This document shows, piece by piece, positions 55,851 through 64,000 of a DNA stretch of 64,000 nt. This stretch comes from Chlamydiota bacterium (GTDB lineage Bacteria > Chlamydiota > Chlamydiia > Chlamydiales > JABHNK01), in the NCBI GenBank assembly GCA_051744985.1, contig JBNJDP010000001.1:17883-81882 (forward strand), written 5' to 3'. The notes beneath the pieces were generated by a model. The model made no database searches. It had not been told where the DNA came from and was given only the letters and a program-made list of their open reading frames with translations. The first letter of the stretch is position 1, and every line of letters starts with the position of its first letter. Made by a program: the position numbers and the translations under genes.

Positions 55851-56879
55851 TTACAGGTGCCGGGAGAGAAGCTTTTGGGCGGATTCTATAGGGGGAAGAT
55901 TGTCGAGGGGGAAGGTAGTTACTTTACTAGCACGGTTGGAGAGGCAGTGGCGGTAAGTTTTGTCATAATATTGGAGGATGAGTTCTACGGCTTTTTCAAA
56001 AGGACCTTCCCGGAAAGCTTGGCAAGCTTCTTGGGTGCGTAGGCCTCCCAGCCGTTTTTTTATCCTCATGGTTGCCTCAACTAAATCGTCGGCAGGGATA
56101 TGGCCATAAAGTTGATGGATATGAGCTATTCGTTCTTGTAAAGGGCGTTCAAGGAAGTATAAGGGTGCCGATTGCATCATCATAAAAAGAGCGTCAGGGA
56201 TTTTGCAGCGTCCGATCATGCGGCTTTCATCTTCTATCCATACAGGGCGCTTAGGGTCGAAGGATCCCCACCTGAGGGCTATCTTATTTTCGAAATGTTC
56301 ATTGTAAGGTTGAGGCTGCTGCCCGAATCTGCCGAAGCTGCTGCCACGATGGTTAGCTAAAGCTTCGAGGTCTAGGATTTGCTGGCCTCGATCTTGCAAA
56401 GCTTTGAGGATGGCGGTTTTCCCCGAGCCGCTGTAGCCTCCCAGAATATTGACCCGACGTGGTTGTTGCAAGGTCTTTAAAACCCAATGACGGAAGGTTT
56501 TATAGCCTCCTTCAAGCTGGTAAGCGGAATGGTTCAAAGTTTTAAAGAGCATTGTGATAAAGCCACTGCGCATCCCTCCACGCCAGCAATAGATTTTGAG
56601 GGGCTGTTGATGAGCTTGCCTAAAAGCTTCTTCGACCAAAGATTCTGCTTTGGAGGCTATGATTTCCAAGCCCCGGCTGATCGCTGTTTGTTGACCTATT
56701 TGTTTATAGAGGGTTCCTATTTCGGTGCGTTCTTCATCGGAAAATAGTGGTAAGCTGCGCGCACCAGGAATATGGGCATGCTGATATTCAGTGGGGCTGC
56801 GGACATCGAAGATTGTCCCTGGAGCAGCCATGAACTTTGATAGAGTAAGGGGTTTTAACATGCGGATAGCATACTCCAA
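55851..56879 (-). CDS. selU: tRNA 2-selenouridine / geranyl-2-thiouridine synthase (MnmH/SelU)
   Basis: 342 aa. The rhodanese domain has the active-site loop IYCWRGGMRS. The P-loop is GGYSGSGKT. The start could alternatively be the MLKPLT Met at 56861. Confidence 0.85.
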   Translation of the reverse strand: MEYAIRMLKPLTLSKFMAAPGTIFDVRSPTEYQHAHIPGARSLPLFSDEERTEIGTLYKQIGQQTAISRGLEIIASKAESLVEEAFRQAHQQPLKIYCWRGGMRSGFITMLFKTLNHSAYQLEGGYKTFRHWVLKTLQQPRRVNILGGYSGSGKTAILKALQDRGQQILDLEALANHRGSSFGRFGQQPQPYNEHFENKIALRWGSFDPKRPVWIEDESRMIGRCKIPDALFMMMQSAPLYFLERPLQERIAHIHQLYGHIPADDLVEATMRIKKRLGGLRTQEACQAFREGPFEKAVELILQYYDKTYRHCLSNRASKVTTFPLDNLPPIESAQKLLSRHL

Positions 56880-56949
56880 CTAACGACTTGTTTAAAAGCG
56901 ATTTTAGCGCTATCATCACCCCTTAAAATATGAGGAGTCTTTAAGCATT

Positions 56950-59646
56950 ATGGAAAATTCCCGTTATATTATAGGCATAGACCTTGGTACTACTAACTGC
57001 AGCGTTTGCTATGTTGATACTACTGAAGCCTTTTTACAGCAACACCCCCTTAAGATCCCCCAAGTTATTAGTGCGGGGCTTGTTGAAAGTGTATCATTGT
57101 TGCCATCGTATTGTTACCTTGCTAGTGATTATGAGTTTCCATCGGGAGCTCTTAAGTTACCTTGGCATTCCAACGCGGAATATTTTGTCGGACATTTTGC
57201 CAAAGACCATGGCATGTTAGTTCCTAGCCATCTGGTGTCGTCGGCTAAAAGTTGGCTGTGTAACCCTGCTGCGAGCCGTCATGAAAAGATATTGCCGCCA
57301 GATAATGCTCCTGAGTTGGAGCAGATAAGCCCTGTCGAGGCTACTCGCCGCTATCTAGAGCATATCAGGTCTGCTTGGGATCACCAGGTAGCTAAAGGTG
57401 ACCCCGATGCTTATTTTGATGAGCAGGAAGTTATCGTCACCGTGCCTGCTTCTTTCGATGAGGTAGCTCGCACCTTGACGATCACCGCTGCTCAGCAGGC
57501 GGGATATAAAAAGATGACCCTCCTCGAAGAACCTCAGGCAGCATTCTATTCTTGGGTTTCCCAGCATGAGAAAAGTTGGGAGTCGTTATTTGTTGCAGGT
57601 GATACCATCTTAGTTTGCGATATAGGTGGAGGAACCTCGGACTTTAGCTTGATTGAAGTCCAGCAGTCCGGCGACCATCTTGTCTTTCAGCGGATGGCTG
57701 TCGGCGACCATCTTTTATTGGGGGGTGATAATATGGATCTTGCCTTAGCCTACTACCTTGAAGATAAATATAATCTGGAGCTGAATGGTAAGCAATGGCA
57801 CCAGCTCGTTCATCTTGCTAGGCAGGCTAAGGAGTCCTTGTTGGACGCTGAAAAAGAGGAGGTTTATAATGTTGCTCTCCAAGGTGAGGGTAGCCAGGTC
57901 GTCGCGGGAAGTATAGCCCTCCAAATCCAGCGCCAGGAGGTGGTGGAGCTGCTTGCCGAAGGGTTTTTCCCCCTTAATACTTATGATGACGCTCGGCAGA
58001 TCATCAAAGGGGGTGGTGTGCGTAGGATGGGCCTTCCCTATGAAAATGATCCTGCCATTACCAAGCACCTTGCCTCATTTCTCGATAATAAGCCTGCATA
58101 TATCCTCTTTAACGGGGGAACTATGAAGCCACAGCTCTTTCAAGAGAGGATAGTTGATAATATCGAGAGTTGGTTTGGTGGTGACCTCCGAGTTTTAAAG
58201 TCTTCAAGCTTAGACTATGCCGTAGGGCGAGGTGCGGCTTATTATGGTAAGGTGCGGCGTGGCCTAGGGGTAAGTATTGGCAGCGCTCTTCCTCGCACCT
58301 ATTATTTGGGTGTAGAGGTCGAAGGAAAGACTAAACTTTTAACTATCATGTCTCGAGGGCGTTCGGCAGGTACTAAGGTGGTCGCGGAGCAAGATTTTCT
58401 ATTGTCACCTAATATGCCGGTATCTTTTCGGCTTTGGTCATCGCATACCCGCTTAGAAGATCGTGAAGGGGAGATCGTCGATATCGATGAAGAGCAGATG
58501 CATGCTCTGCCACCGATCTTTACCGCTTTACGTTATGGCAAAGGAAGCACTGATAAGCTGCCGGTAGAGTTGGAAGTTTATTATTCAGAGATCGGTGTTT
58601 TGGAGTTGTCTTTAAAAGCTAAAAACAGCGACCACCGCTGGGGTTTGAGCTTTCAGCTTCAAGCGGCTAGTGGTCAGGATAATGCTATCAATGCCATCAC
58701 CTCGGGGACGAGTGGCGATGAGACCGTCGATGAAGGTTTTTTAGCCGAAGTTCAAGAAAATCTTAAGGAGGCTTTCAGGAGTAGACCAGCGAAGGTGATG
58801 CAAGTTCTGGATGAAAGCCTCCAAAGACCTCGTCAGGAATGGTCTCCGGCAATCTTACGAGGGCTGTGGCCAGCATTGGTAGATCTGGCTGAATCAAGGA
58901 AAGTATCTCCTCAACATGAAGCGCGCTGGTGGAATCTGGCAGGATACTTTCTACGACCCGGCTACGGCTATTCCTGCGATGACTTTAGGATTAAAGAGCT
59001 GTGGCGCATAATTTTACAACCTTTAGCCTTTGGCAAGGACCTCGAAGTGTCTTTACAGCAGCTGATATGCTTTCGAAGGATTGCCGGCGGACTAGGACGA
59101 GGACAGCAGGCTCAGCTGGCATCACAGATAGTTGCTACGCTCTTCGATAAAAAGAAAAAAAATATCCTCCTGAAAAGTAAGCGCGATATTCAAACTTATT
59201 CAGAAAAGATAAGAGCCTTAGGAGCTTTCGAGCTGTTAGATCTGAACCTCAAAATTTCTCTGGGCAACGCTATCGTCAAGCGTATATCTGCCGGCGAAGG
59301 CGGTAAGAGCGATTTTTGGGCTTTGGCACGTCTAGGGTCTCGACATCTTCTCTATGGGACCATTGCCAATGTTATCAGCGTCGAGAAAGCCCAGGAGTGG
59401 GTCGAGCAACTTTTAGAGCTCGATGACTCTAAGCGCTTTTTTCCTTTGCTGCAGCTAGCGCGCCAGACCGATAGGCGTGAGATCAACCTCCCTGAAAATA
59501 TAGTTGGCAGCGTTGCCGACCATTTTGACAGGCACCAACGTCCTGATTTGAAGAAGCAGCTTACTGACGATCACCTCTCGCATTTGGAAGAGGAGCAAAT
59601 ATTCGGTGATCACCTCCCACAGGGGTTGATGTTGGCGAGCAAATGA
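56950..59646 (+). CDS. Hsp70-family (DnaK-like nucleotide-binding domain) protein with a ~500-aa uncharacterised C-terminal extension
   Basis: 898 aa. Actin/Hsp70 ATPase motifs are present: IIGIDLGTTNCSV, VTVPASFDEVARTLTITAAQQAGY, LEEPQAAFYSW, LVCDIGGGTSDFSLIEV, LLGGDNMDLAL. The remainder was not recognised. Confidence 0.82.
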   Translation: MENSRYIIGIDLGTTNCSVCYVDTTEAFLQQHPLKIPQVISAGLVESVSLLPSYCYLASDYEFPSGALKLPWHSNAEYFVGHFAKDHGMLVPSHLVSSAKSWLCNPAASRHEKILPPDNAPELEQISPVEATRRYLEHIRSAWDHQVAKGDPDAYFDEQEVIVTVPASFDEVARTLTITAAQQAGYKKMTLLEEPQAAFYSWVSQHEKSWESLFVAGDTILVCDIGGGTSDFSLIEVQQSGDHLVFQRMAVGDHLLLGGDNMDLALAYYLEDKYNLELNGKQWHQLVHLARQAKESLLDAEKEEVYNVALQGEGSQVVAGSIALQIQRQEVVELLAEGFFPLNTYDDARQIIKGGGVRRMGLPYENDPAITKHLASFLDNKPAYILFNGGTMKPQLFQERIVDNIESWFGGDLRVLKSSSLDYAVGRGAAYYGKVRRGLGVSIGSALPRTYYLGVEVEGKTKLLTIMSRGRSAGTKVVAEQDFLLSPNMPVSFRLWSSHTRLEDREGEIVDIDEEQMHALPPIFTALRYGKGSTDKLPVELEVYYSEIGVLELSLKAKNSDHRWGLSFQLQAASGQDNAINAITSGTSGDETVDEGFLAEVQENLKEAFRSRPAKVMQVLDESLQRPRQEWSPAILRGLWPALVDLAESRKVSPQHEARWWNLAGYFLRPGYGYSCDDFRIKELWRIILQPLAFGKDLEVSLQQLICFRRIAGGLGRGQQAQLASQIVATLFDKKKKNILLKSKRDIQTYSEKIRALGAFELLDLNLKISLGNAIVKRISAGEGGKSDFWALARLGSRHLLYGTIANVISVEKAQEWVEQLLELDDSKRFFPLLQLARQTDRREINLPENIVGSVADHFDRHQRPDLKKQLTDDHLSHLEEEQIFGDHLPQGLMLASK

Positions 59647-61421
59647 TCTTTTACCTCTTGAAGAGGTTTTTGCCAGCAACCCTGCTCCTCTTTGCGATAA
59701 AGGCGTGCAGAGGAATACCATAGGCTCCGTTGGCCTTCGGCATGCCAGCGCCAATTGCAGGGTGAGGGCAGCAAGATATAACAGGGTACGCCTAAAGCCC
59801 CCGCTAGATGAGCAGTGGTATTGTCGATAGTTACTACTGCATCTAAGGCCGCTATTTGGGCAGCGAAGGTGTCCATATCACCGAGGGGGTCGACTTCGCT
59901 GTCCTGGATGATCTCGAGATCGTATTCGGCAGTAAAGCTTGCTAGCTCTGCACTATGATCACCATATTGGAGGTTTACCCAGCTAATATTGTCTAGCTCC
60001 AAAAGAGGTAGTAGTTGCTCTAGAGCTATGCTGCGTTCTTCGCTCTCGGTAGTATGCCACGATAAGCCCACCAGAAATTTTTTGGGGTAGCGTTCTCTTA
60101 TGGTACTCGTTTTCTTCTCATCAGGTTTTAAGAAAGGTTTGCCAGGGAAATCTTCGGCAGAGTTTCTGAAGTGGTTGGCGAGATTGCCTAGTGGTATCAT
60201 ATAGTCTGCAGAGGAAAAAGTGTTTTTAAGGCGCTCATTATCGGGAAGGTTATAGGTGTCTTTGATAGGGAAAGAACGACGAAATAAAGAAAATAAGCGG
60301 GGATGAGCTCGGAAGTGTAGTTCGGCATCAGGGTAGCATTTTTTGAGGTCGGGAATTATGCTGCTAAACATAACAATATCCCCCATACCTTCTGCTTGGG
60401 TGATGAGGACTTTTTTGCCATTGAGATCTTCACCTTGCCACCAAGACAAGGTTTTTTCTGGAAAATAATAACAAAAAAGCTCTTTGCTGTAATATTCCGG
60501 AACTTTCCAGCGCCATAAAGATTTTCGCCAGCCTTCACGAAAATGGCCTAAATAGAGCTTCAGGTTGCCAAGAGTATAGTGGGCAAAAGCATACTGGGGG
60601 TCGGCCTCTAAAGCCTTGGATAGATATTGGTGACATAAACTAGGAGAGTAACAGTGCTGTAAATAAATCAAGGATGTTTGGAGGTAATATTCGGCAGCAT
60701 GGTCAGGGTTATTATTAGCAGCCTCACAGTAGACTGTTACTGCTTCAGGGTAACGTTTAAAATCTATTAAGCTCTTCGCTCTAGCTTTGATGATGCTAGG
60801 GTTTTCGGGAGCCAATTCAGCAGCCTTTTGATAAGTTTTTAAAGCTTCTTCGGTGTGACCTTTCAATTTTTGGCAATGGCCAAGGTAAAGAAACTTCAAG
60901 GCTTGGTCAGAGGCGTATTTAGCCGCCAGTTGATAATGGTGAACACCTTGACTAAAATTTTTTTGTATTACAAAGATTTTGGCTATCTCGCTTTGATTTT
61001 TGGCATCCCAGCGATTAATTTTCAGGGAATTCTGATAGGCTCCTAAGGCGGCAGGGTATTGTTCCAAGAAATAAAAAGATTGCCCTACTTGATAGTGGAC
61101 CTCATAATCCTGAACAGAGCCATCTAAAGCTTGCTGGTAGTGTTCGATAGCTAAGATGTGTTGGCCAAGTCTAGCGTAAGTTATTCCTAAATCGTAATAG
61201 ATATCTTTATCGTTAGAGCCTGGAAGGTTGAGAGCTCTTTTTAAATATTCTGCAGCCCGAGAAAAATCCTTGGCGCCAAAGGCTACCAGCCCCGCTTTAT
61301 GAAAAACTTGGGGATCGCGAGGGTATCTTTCTAGAAGCTGTTTGATAGCTTCCTCAGCCTCTGCTGTTCGACCTTGGAGAGCATCATGAGTGATCTGCTT
61401 TAAAATGTCTTTGAGAGTCAT
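59610..61421 (-). CDS. TPR-repeat protein with a C-terminal GT9 (heptosyltransferase)-like glycosyltransferase domain
   Basis: 603 aa. The N-terminal ~300 aa are tandem TPR-like repeats (A..Y...L...P....A....G). The C-terminal part is KKVLITQAEGMGDIVMFSSIIPDLKKCYPDAELHFRAHP ... VVTIDNTTAHLAGALGVPCYILLP, which resembles GT9. Confidence 0.68.
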   Translation of the reverse strand: MTLKDILKQITHDALQGRTAEAEEAIKQLLERYPRDPQVFHKAGLVAFGAKDFSRAAEYLKRALNLPGSNDKDIYYDLGITYARLGQHILAIEHYQQALDGSVQDYEVHYQVGQSFYFLEQYPAALGAYQNSLKINRWDAKNQSEIAKIFVIQKNFSQGVHHYQLAAKYASDQALKFLYLGHCQKLKGHTEEALKTYQKAAELAPENPSIIKARAKSLIDFKRYPEAVTVYCEAANNNPDHAAEYYLQTSLIYLQHCYSPSLCHQYLSKALEADPQYAFAHYTLGNLKLYLGHFREGWRKSLWRWKVPEYYSKELFCYYFPEKTLSWWQGEDLNGKKVLITQAEGMGDIVMFSSIIPDLKKCYPDAELHFRAHPRLFSLFRRSFPIKDTYNLPDNERLKNTFSSADYMIPLGNLANHFRNSAEDFPGKPFLKPDEKKTSTIRERYPKKFLVGLSWHTTESEERSIALEQLLPLLELDNISWVNLQYGDHSAELASFTAEYDLEIIQDSEVDPLGDMDTFAAQIAALDAVVTIDNTTAHLAGALGVPCYILLPSPCNWRWHAEGQRSLWYSSARLYRKEEQGCWQKPLQEVKDHLLANINPCGR

Positions 61422-61504
61422 ATTAAGAGAAGATTTAATGTAAGTATTAATTGATAAGTGCTATGATGTACAAAATCGCTAATAAAAAAAAGATTTCTTT
61501 TAGG

Positions 61505-64000
61505 ATGCCAGCTAATCAGCACACACCAGCACTAGAACAATGGGACCGTATAGGAGAAGTAGTATTTTCACGGGGTACTTATCAAGTTGAAGTGCTTGCT
61601 AAAGGAAAGAAGAGCTCTTGGACTTTTCTTCAATTCGATGAAACAGGCAAGTTGCGGGATTATCTGTGCTCTTGTGATGAGGAGCATTGCTCTCACTTGG
61701 CGATAGCATATAAAGCTGTCAGCTATCCGCGCCTTATCCATCTCGAGTTCTCTGATTCTTTGTGGAACACTTTAGGGAAGCTGTGGGCCGACGCTTATGG
61801 CTATGATGCCGACGTTCTCAAGAAAGTCGGTGATGGGCATTATACGATCGATAGCCAGCGGTTTTCCTTGCAGATCTTTACCCCTCAAAAGTGCCGAGAA
61901 TGGATCGATGAGAGGCTTAAAGAAAGCGAAAGCAACTCTCTCAAATTCTCCAACCTCCCTCAGGAAGAGATCGATCATTGGAGGCAAGGACGGGCTAGCC
62001 AGGCTTTGTATTACGAACTTTCTTTTTGGGCTGACATTGCTAAATATATGGCTGTCCAACAACATTTTCAAAAACCTTACCGAGTAGAATTTTTATACGC
62101 TGAAGACCATTCTATTAAAGGTTTAAAAGTCACTTTTAACGACCTTTCATGGCAATGTGAGCTTTCGACAGAACAGTTGGCAGAGGTTATCGCCAAGCTC
62201 AATATGGTAGAGAGCCCTTTGCCGGTATATGATTATGGTGAAGATGCGATAGAAGATATTTATTACCATAAGGATGAAGGAACCTTTACTATAAAGGAGC
62301 TTTCCCAGCCCCACCCCTCTAAAGATGAAGAGATATTTTTCGAGGTAGGCTGCTGGCTTTTTATTCCGGGGAAGGGCTTTTTTTCTAAGGAGCACCACCC
62401 TTTATGGGGCAGAAATAAGGTCGAAAATGATGAGGTCGAAGCAGTCTTAGAGGAATATTGGCATTTGGTATCGCGTAAAATTGTCAACACTGTAGTACAC
62501 CACGAAAGAGTTGACCTTCACTACGAATTGAATTTTGATGAACATTGGACTTTACATATCGCCCCTTACCTCTTTAATCCCGGAGATTTGCAGTGTCGGG
62601 GAACGCGTCTTTTTGGACAGTGGGCATACTTGGAAGATCTAGGATTTTATCGGCTGAAAAGAGGTGAGTTTCCTCCGCAAATGATGAGCATCGCCCCTAA
62701 AGATATCAATGATTTTGTAACTGTTCATCAAAGCTGGCTCAACACTCAGAGAGGCTATAGGATCCGCTATGTTAACCTCGGTGAAAACCTCGCCTATAAA
62801 ATAGAAGAAGGCGCGCTGTACTTCTATAGCTATGTTGATCTAGGAGATATCGGCGATGAGGGCGTTGACTTTGGTGAATGGGTATACTTGGAGGGTAAAG
62901 GTTTTTACTCTAAAGGACGTTCTATTGCGGGAGTTAACATAAGACCTGGCTTGAAAGTCTCCAAGGAGAAGGTCGCTGAATTTATCGATAAGAACTATGG
63001 GGAGTGCTTGAACATCCCTGGGTTTTTCCTTGCCGAATGCCCGGTGCTGAAGTCGGGGTTGAAGGTGGAATACGAAGATCCTGATAGGATAAAGGTTGCC
63101 CCTGACTATAAATTCAGTATTCCTGGCAAGGTGAGATTCTATGGTGATTATGTTTATTTGGAAGGCGAAGGTTTTTATCATTTGCCGCAGCATCTTCGCT
63201 TGCCCGAGGAATTTCAAGAGTCACAAGTTATTGCAGGGGAGGAAGTTTTTTCTTTTTTAAAATATAAGCTTCCGAGTTTGGAGTCTTTTGTTACTTACCT
63301 CGACTACCGCTTGCGCAAGCCCCATGAGTGGGCGTTGAAGGTTGTAGAGGCTGACTTTGACTCCCAGCAAGCTGTATGGCAGCTTAACCTCGAATATAGC
63401 AGTGAATATGGAAAGGTGGGCGTCGACGATCTCTTGCGAGCTCAGCATAAAGGGCGTCAATATCTTGTTTCTGAAGCGGGGCTTGTCAACCTTAAAGACC
63501 AGCGCTGGCAGTGGATGAAGCGCCTGCTGAAGGGTTATAGCGGTGAAGGGTCTCTGCTTTTAACATCAGCAGAATTCCTTAAACTATACGCCTTTGAAGA
63601 GCCTTCCGCTGGTGACCGCCTAGGGTGGTTTGAGGCTTTAGGAGCTTTCCTTACCCTCAAAAATTATTCTTTAAAGGGCTTTAAGAGTTCTTTGCGCGAC
63701 TATCAAACAAAAGGTCTCGAATGGTTATGGGCTCTCTATCAATATCGTTTGGGAGGTTTGCTTTGTGATGATATGGGGTTGGGAAAAACCCATCAGGCGA
63801 TGTCTCTTATGGCCGCAATTAATAACAGTTCTAGAAAGAGGCAAAAATTTTTGGTTGTCTGTCCTACATCGGTAATATGGCATTGGCATGATAAGCTTAC
63901 CCATTTTTATCCTTCACTGAAGGTTATAGTTTACCATGGTACAGGACGCGACCTGGAAGCCTTCGATAACGATGGCCATGTTCTGATTACTTCCTATGGT
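61505..64000 (+). CDS. SWIM zinc finger plus SNF2-family helicase, 3' end truncated by the window edge
   Basis: The frame is open from the ATG at 61505 to position 64000, so it is absent from the track. Alternative in-frame ATGs lie at 61463 and 61466. There is a SWIM motif near the N-terminus (CSCDEEHCSHL). SNF2 motifs I/Ia sit at the end (LRDYQTKGLEWLWALYQYRLGGLLCDDMGLGKTHQAMSLMA...FLVVCPTSVIWHW). Track ORFs on the minus strand here are shadows. Confidence 0.88.
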   Translation, partial: MPANQHTPALEQWDRIGEVVFSRGTYQVEVLAKGKKSSWTFLQFDETGKLRDYLCSCDEEHCSHLAIAYKAVSYPRLIHLEFSDSLWNTLGKLWADAYGYDADVLKKVGDGHYTIDSQRFSLQIFTPQKCREWIDERLKESESNSLKFSNLPQEEIDHWRQGRASQALYYELSFWADIAKYMAVQQHFQKPYRVEFLYAEDHSIKGLKVTFNDLSWQCELSTEQLAEVIAKLNMVESPLPVYDYGEDAIEDIYYHKDEGTFTIKELSQPHPSKDEEIFFEVGCWLFIPGKGFFSKEHHPLWGRNKVENDEVEAVLEEYWHLVSRKIVNTVVHHERVDLHYELNFDEHWTLHIAPYLFNPGDLQCRGTRLFGQWAYLEDLGFYRLKRGEFPPQMMSIAPKDINDFVTVHQSWLNTQRGYRIRYVNLGENLAYKIEEGALYFYSYVDLGDIGDEGVDFGEWVYLEGKGFYSKGRSIAGVNIRPGLKVSKEKVAEFIDKNYGECLNIPGFFLAECPVLKSGLKVEYEDPDRIKVAPDYKFSIPGKVRFYGDYVYLEGEGFYHLPQHLRLPEEFQESQVIAGEEVFSFLKYKLPSLESFVTYLDYRLRKPHEWALKVVEADFDSQQAVWQLNLEYSSEYGKVGVDDLLRAQHKGRQYLVSEAGLVNLKDQRWQWMKRLLKGYSGEGSLLLTSAEFLKLYAFEEPSAGDRLGWFEALGAFLTLKNYSLKGFKSSLRDYQTKGLEWLWALYQYRLGGLLCDDMGLGKTHQAMSLMAAINNSSRKRQKFLVVCPTSVIWHWHDKLTHFYPSLKVIVYHGTGRDLEAFDNDGHVLITSYG

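Noticed and set aside
61772-63460. Several 67-125-aa track ORFs in this range (minus strand: 61772..62071, 62147..62398, 62263..62490, 62840..63217, 63257..63460; plus strand: 61797..62087)
   Set aside because: All lie inside the long open plus-strand frame that encodes the SWIM/SNF2 helicase. The five minus-strand ORFs are antisense to it. 61797..62087 is on the same strand but in a different reading frame. The track lacks the real gene only because it runs off the window edge.
1-64000. CRISPR arrays, IS elements, prophage genes, rRNA operons
   Set aside because: I saw no regularly spaced direct repeats. No transposase, integrase, capsid or terminase-like translation appears in the ORF track, and no rRNA-like sequence was seen. 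Visual inspection cannot exclude short or degenerate repeats.

Overview
This is a dense, mostly housekeeping chromosomal window. It holds about 58 protein-coding genes, tRNA-Leu(GAG), tRNA-Arg(UCG) and one tmRNA. I saw no rRNA, CRISPR array, transposase, integrase or phage gene. All calls rest on the supplied ORF translations, motif recognition and hand reading of both strands; no database search was possible.

Likely source (inference): gene content and local order match my memory of Chlamydia gene order. Examples are M16 insulinase, plant-type glycerol-3-P acyltransferase and RNase G next to yceD-rpmF-plsX; pcnB-lpxB; yccA-ftsY-sucCD-htrA-M16 protease-pssA; and a SWIM/SNF2 helicase. Many extra genes are interleaved, so the source is most likely an environmental, non-Chlamydiaceae member of the Chlamydiota.

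Two edge-truncated genes missing from the ORF track were recovered by hand: a DUF2851-like gene (1-684, minus) and a SWIM+SNF2 helicase (61505-64000, plus).

Points worth a second look:
- the canonical prfB +1 frameshift
- a frameshifted CDP-alcohol phosphatidyltransferase
- a LexA-family repressor with Asn at the nucleophile-serine position, apparently co-transcribed with a PAP2 phosphatase
- a two-partner-secretion pair (short TpsA plus TpsB) between yccA and ftsY
- a GT4-fusion/GT4/GH130 glycan cluster convergent with manA
- a translationally coupled pair of PD-(D/E)xK-like proteins
- a low-G+C orphan AAA ATPase abutting the tmRNA gene
- an 898-aa Hsp70-like protein convergently overlapping a TPR-GT9 protein
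- selU

I did not find a locus I can defend as a complete novel multi-gene system. The candidates are ranked by interest in the findings.
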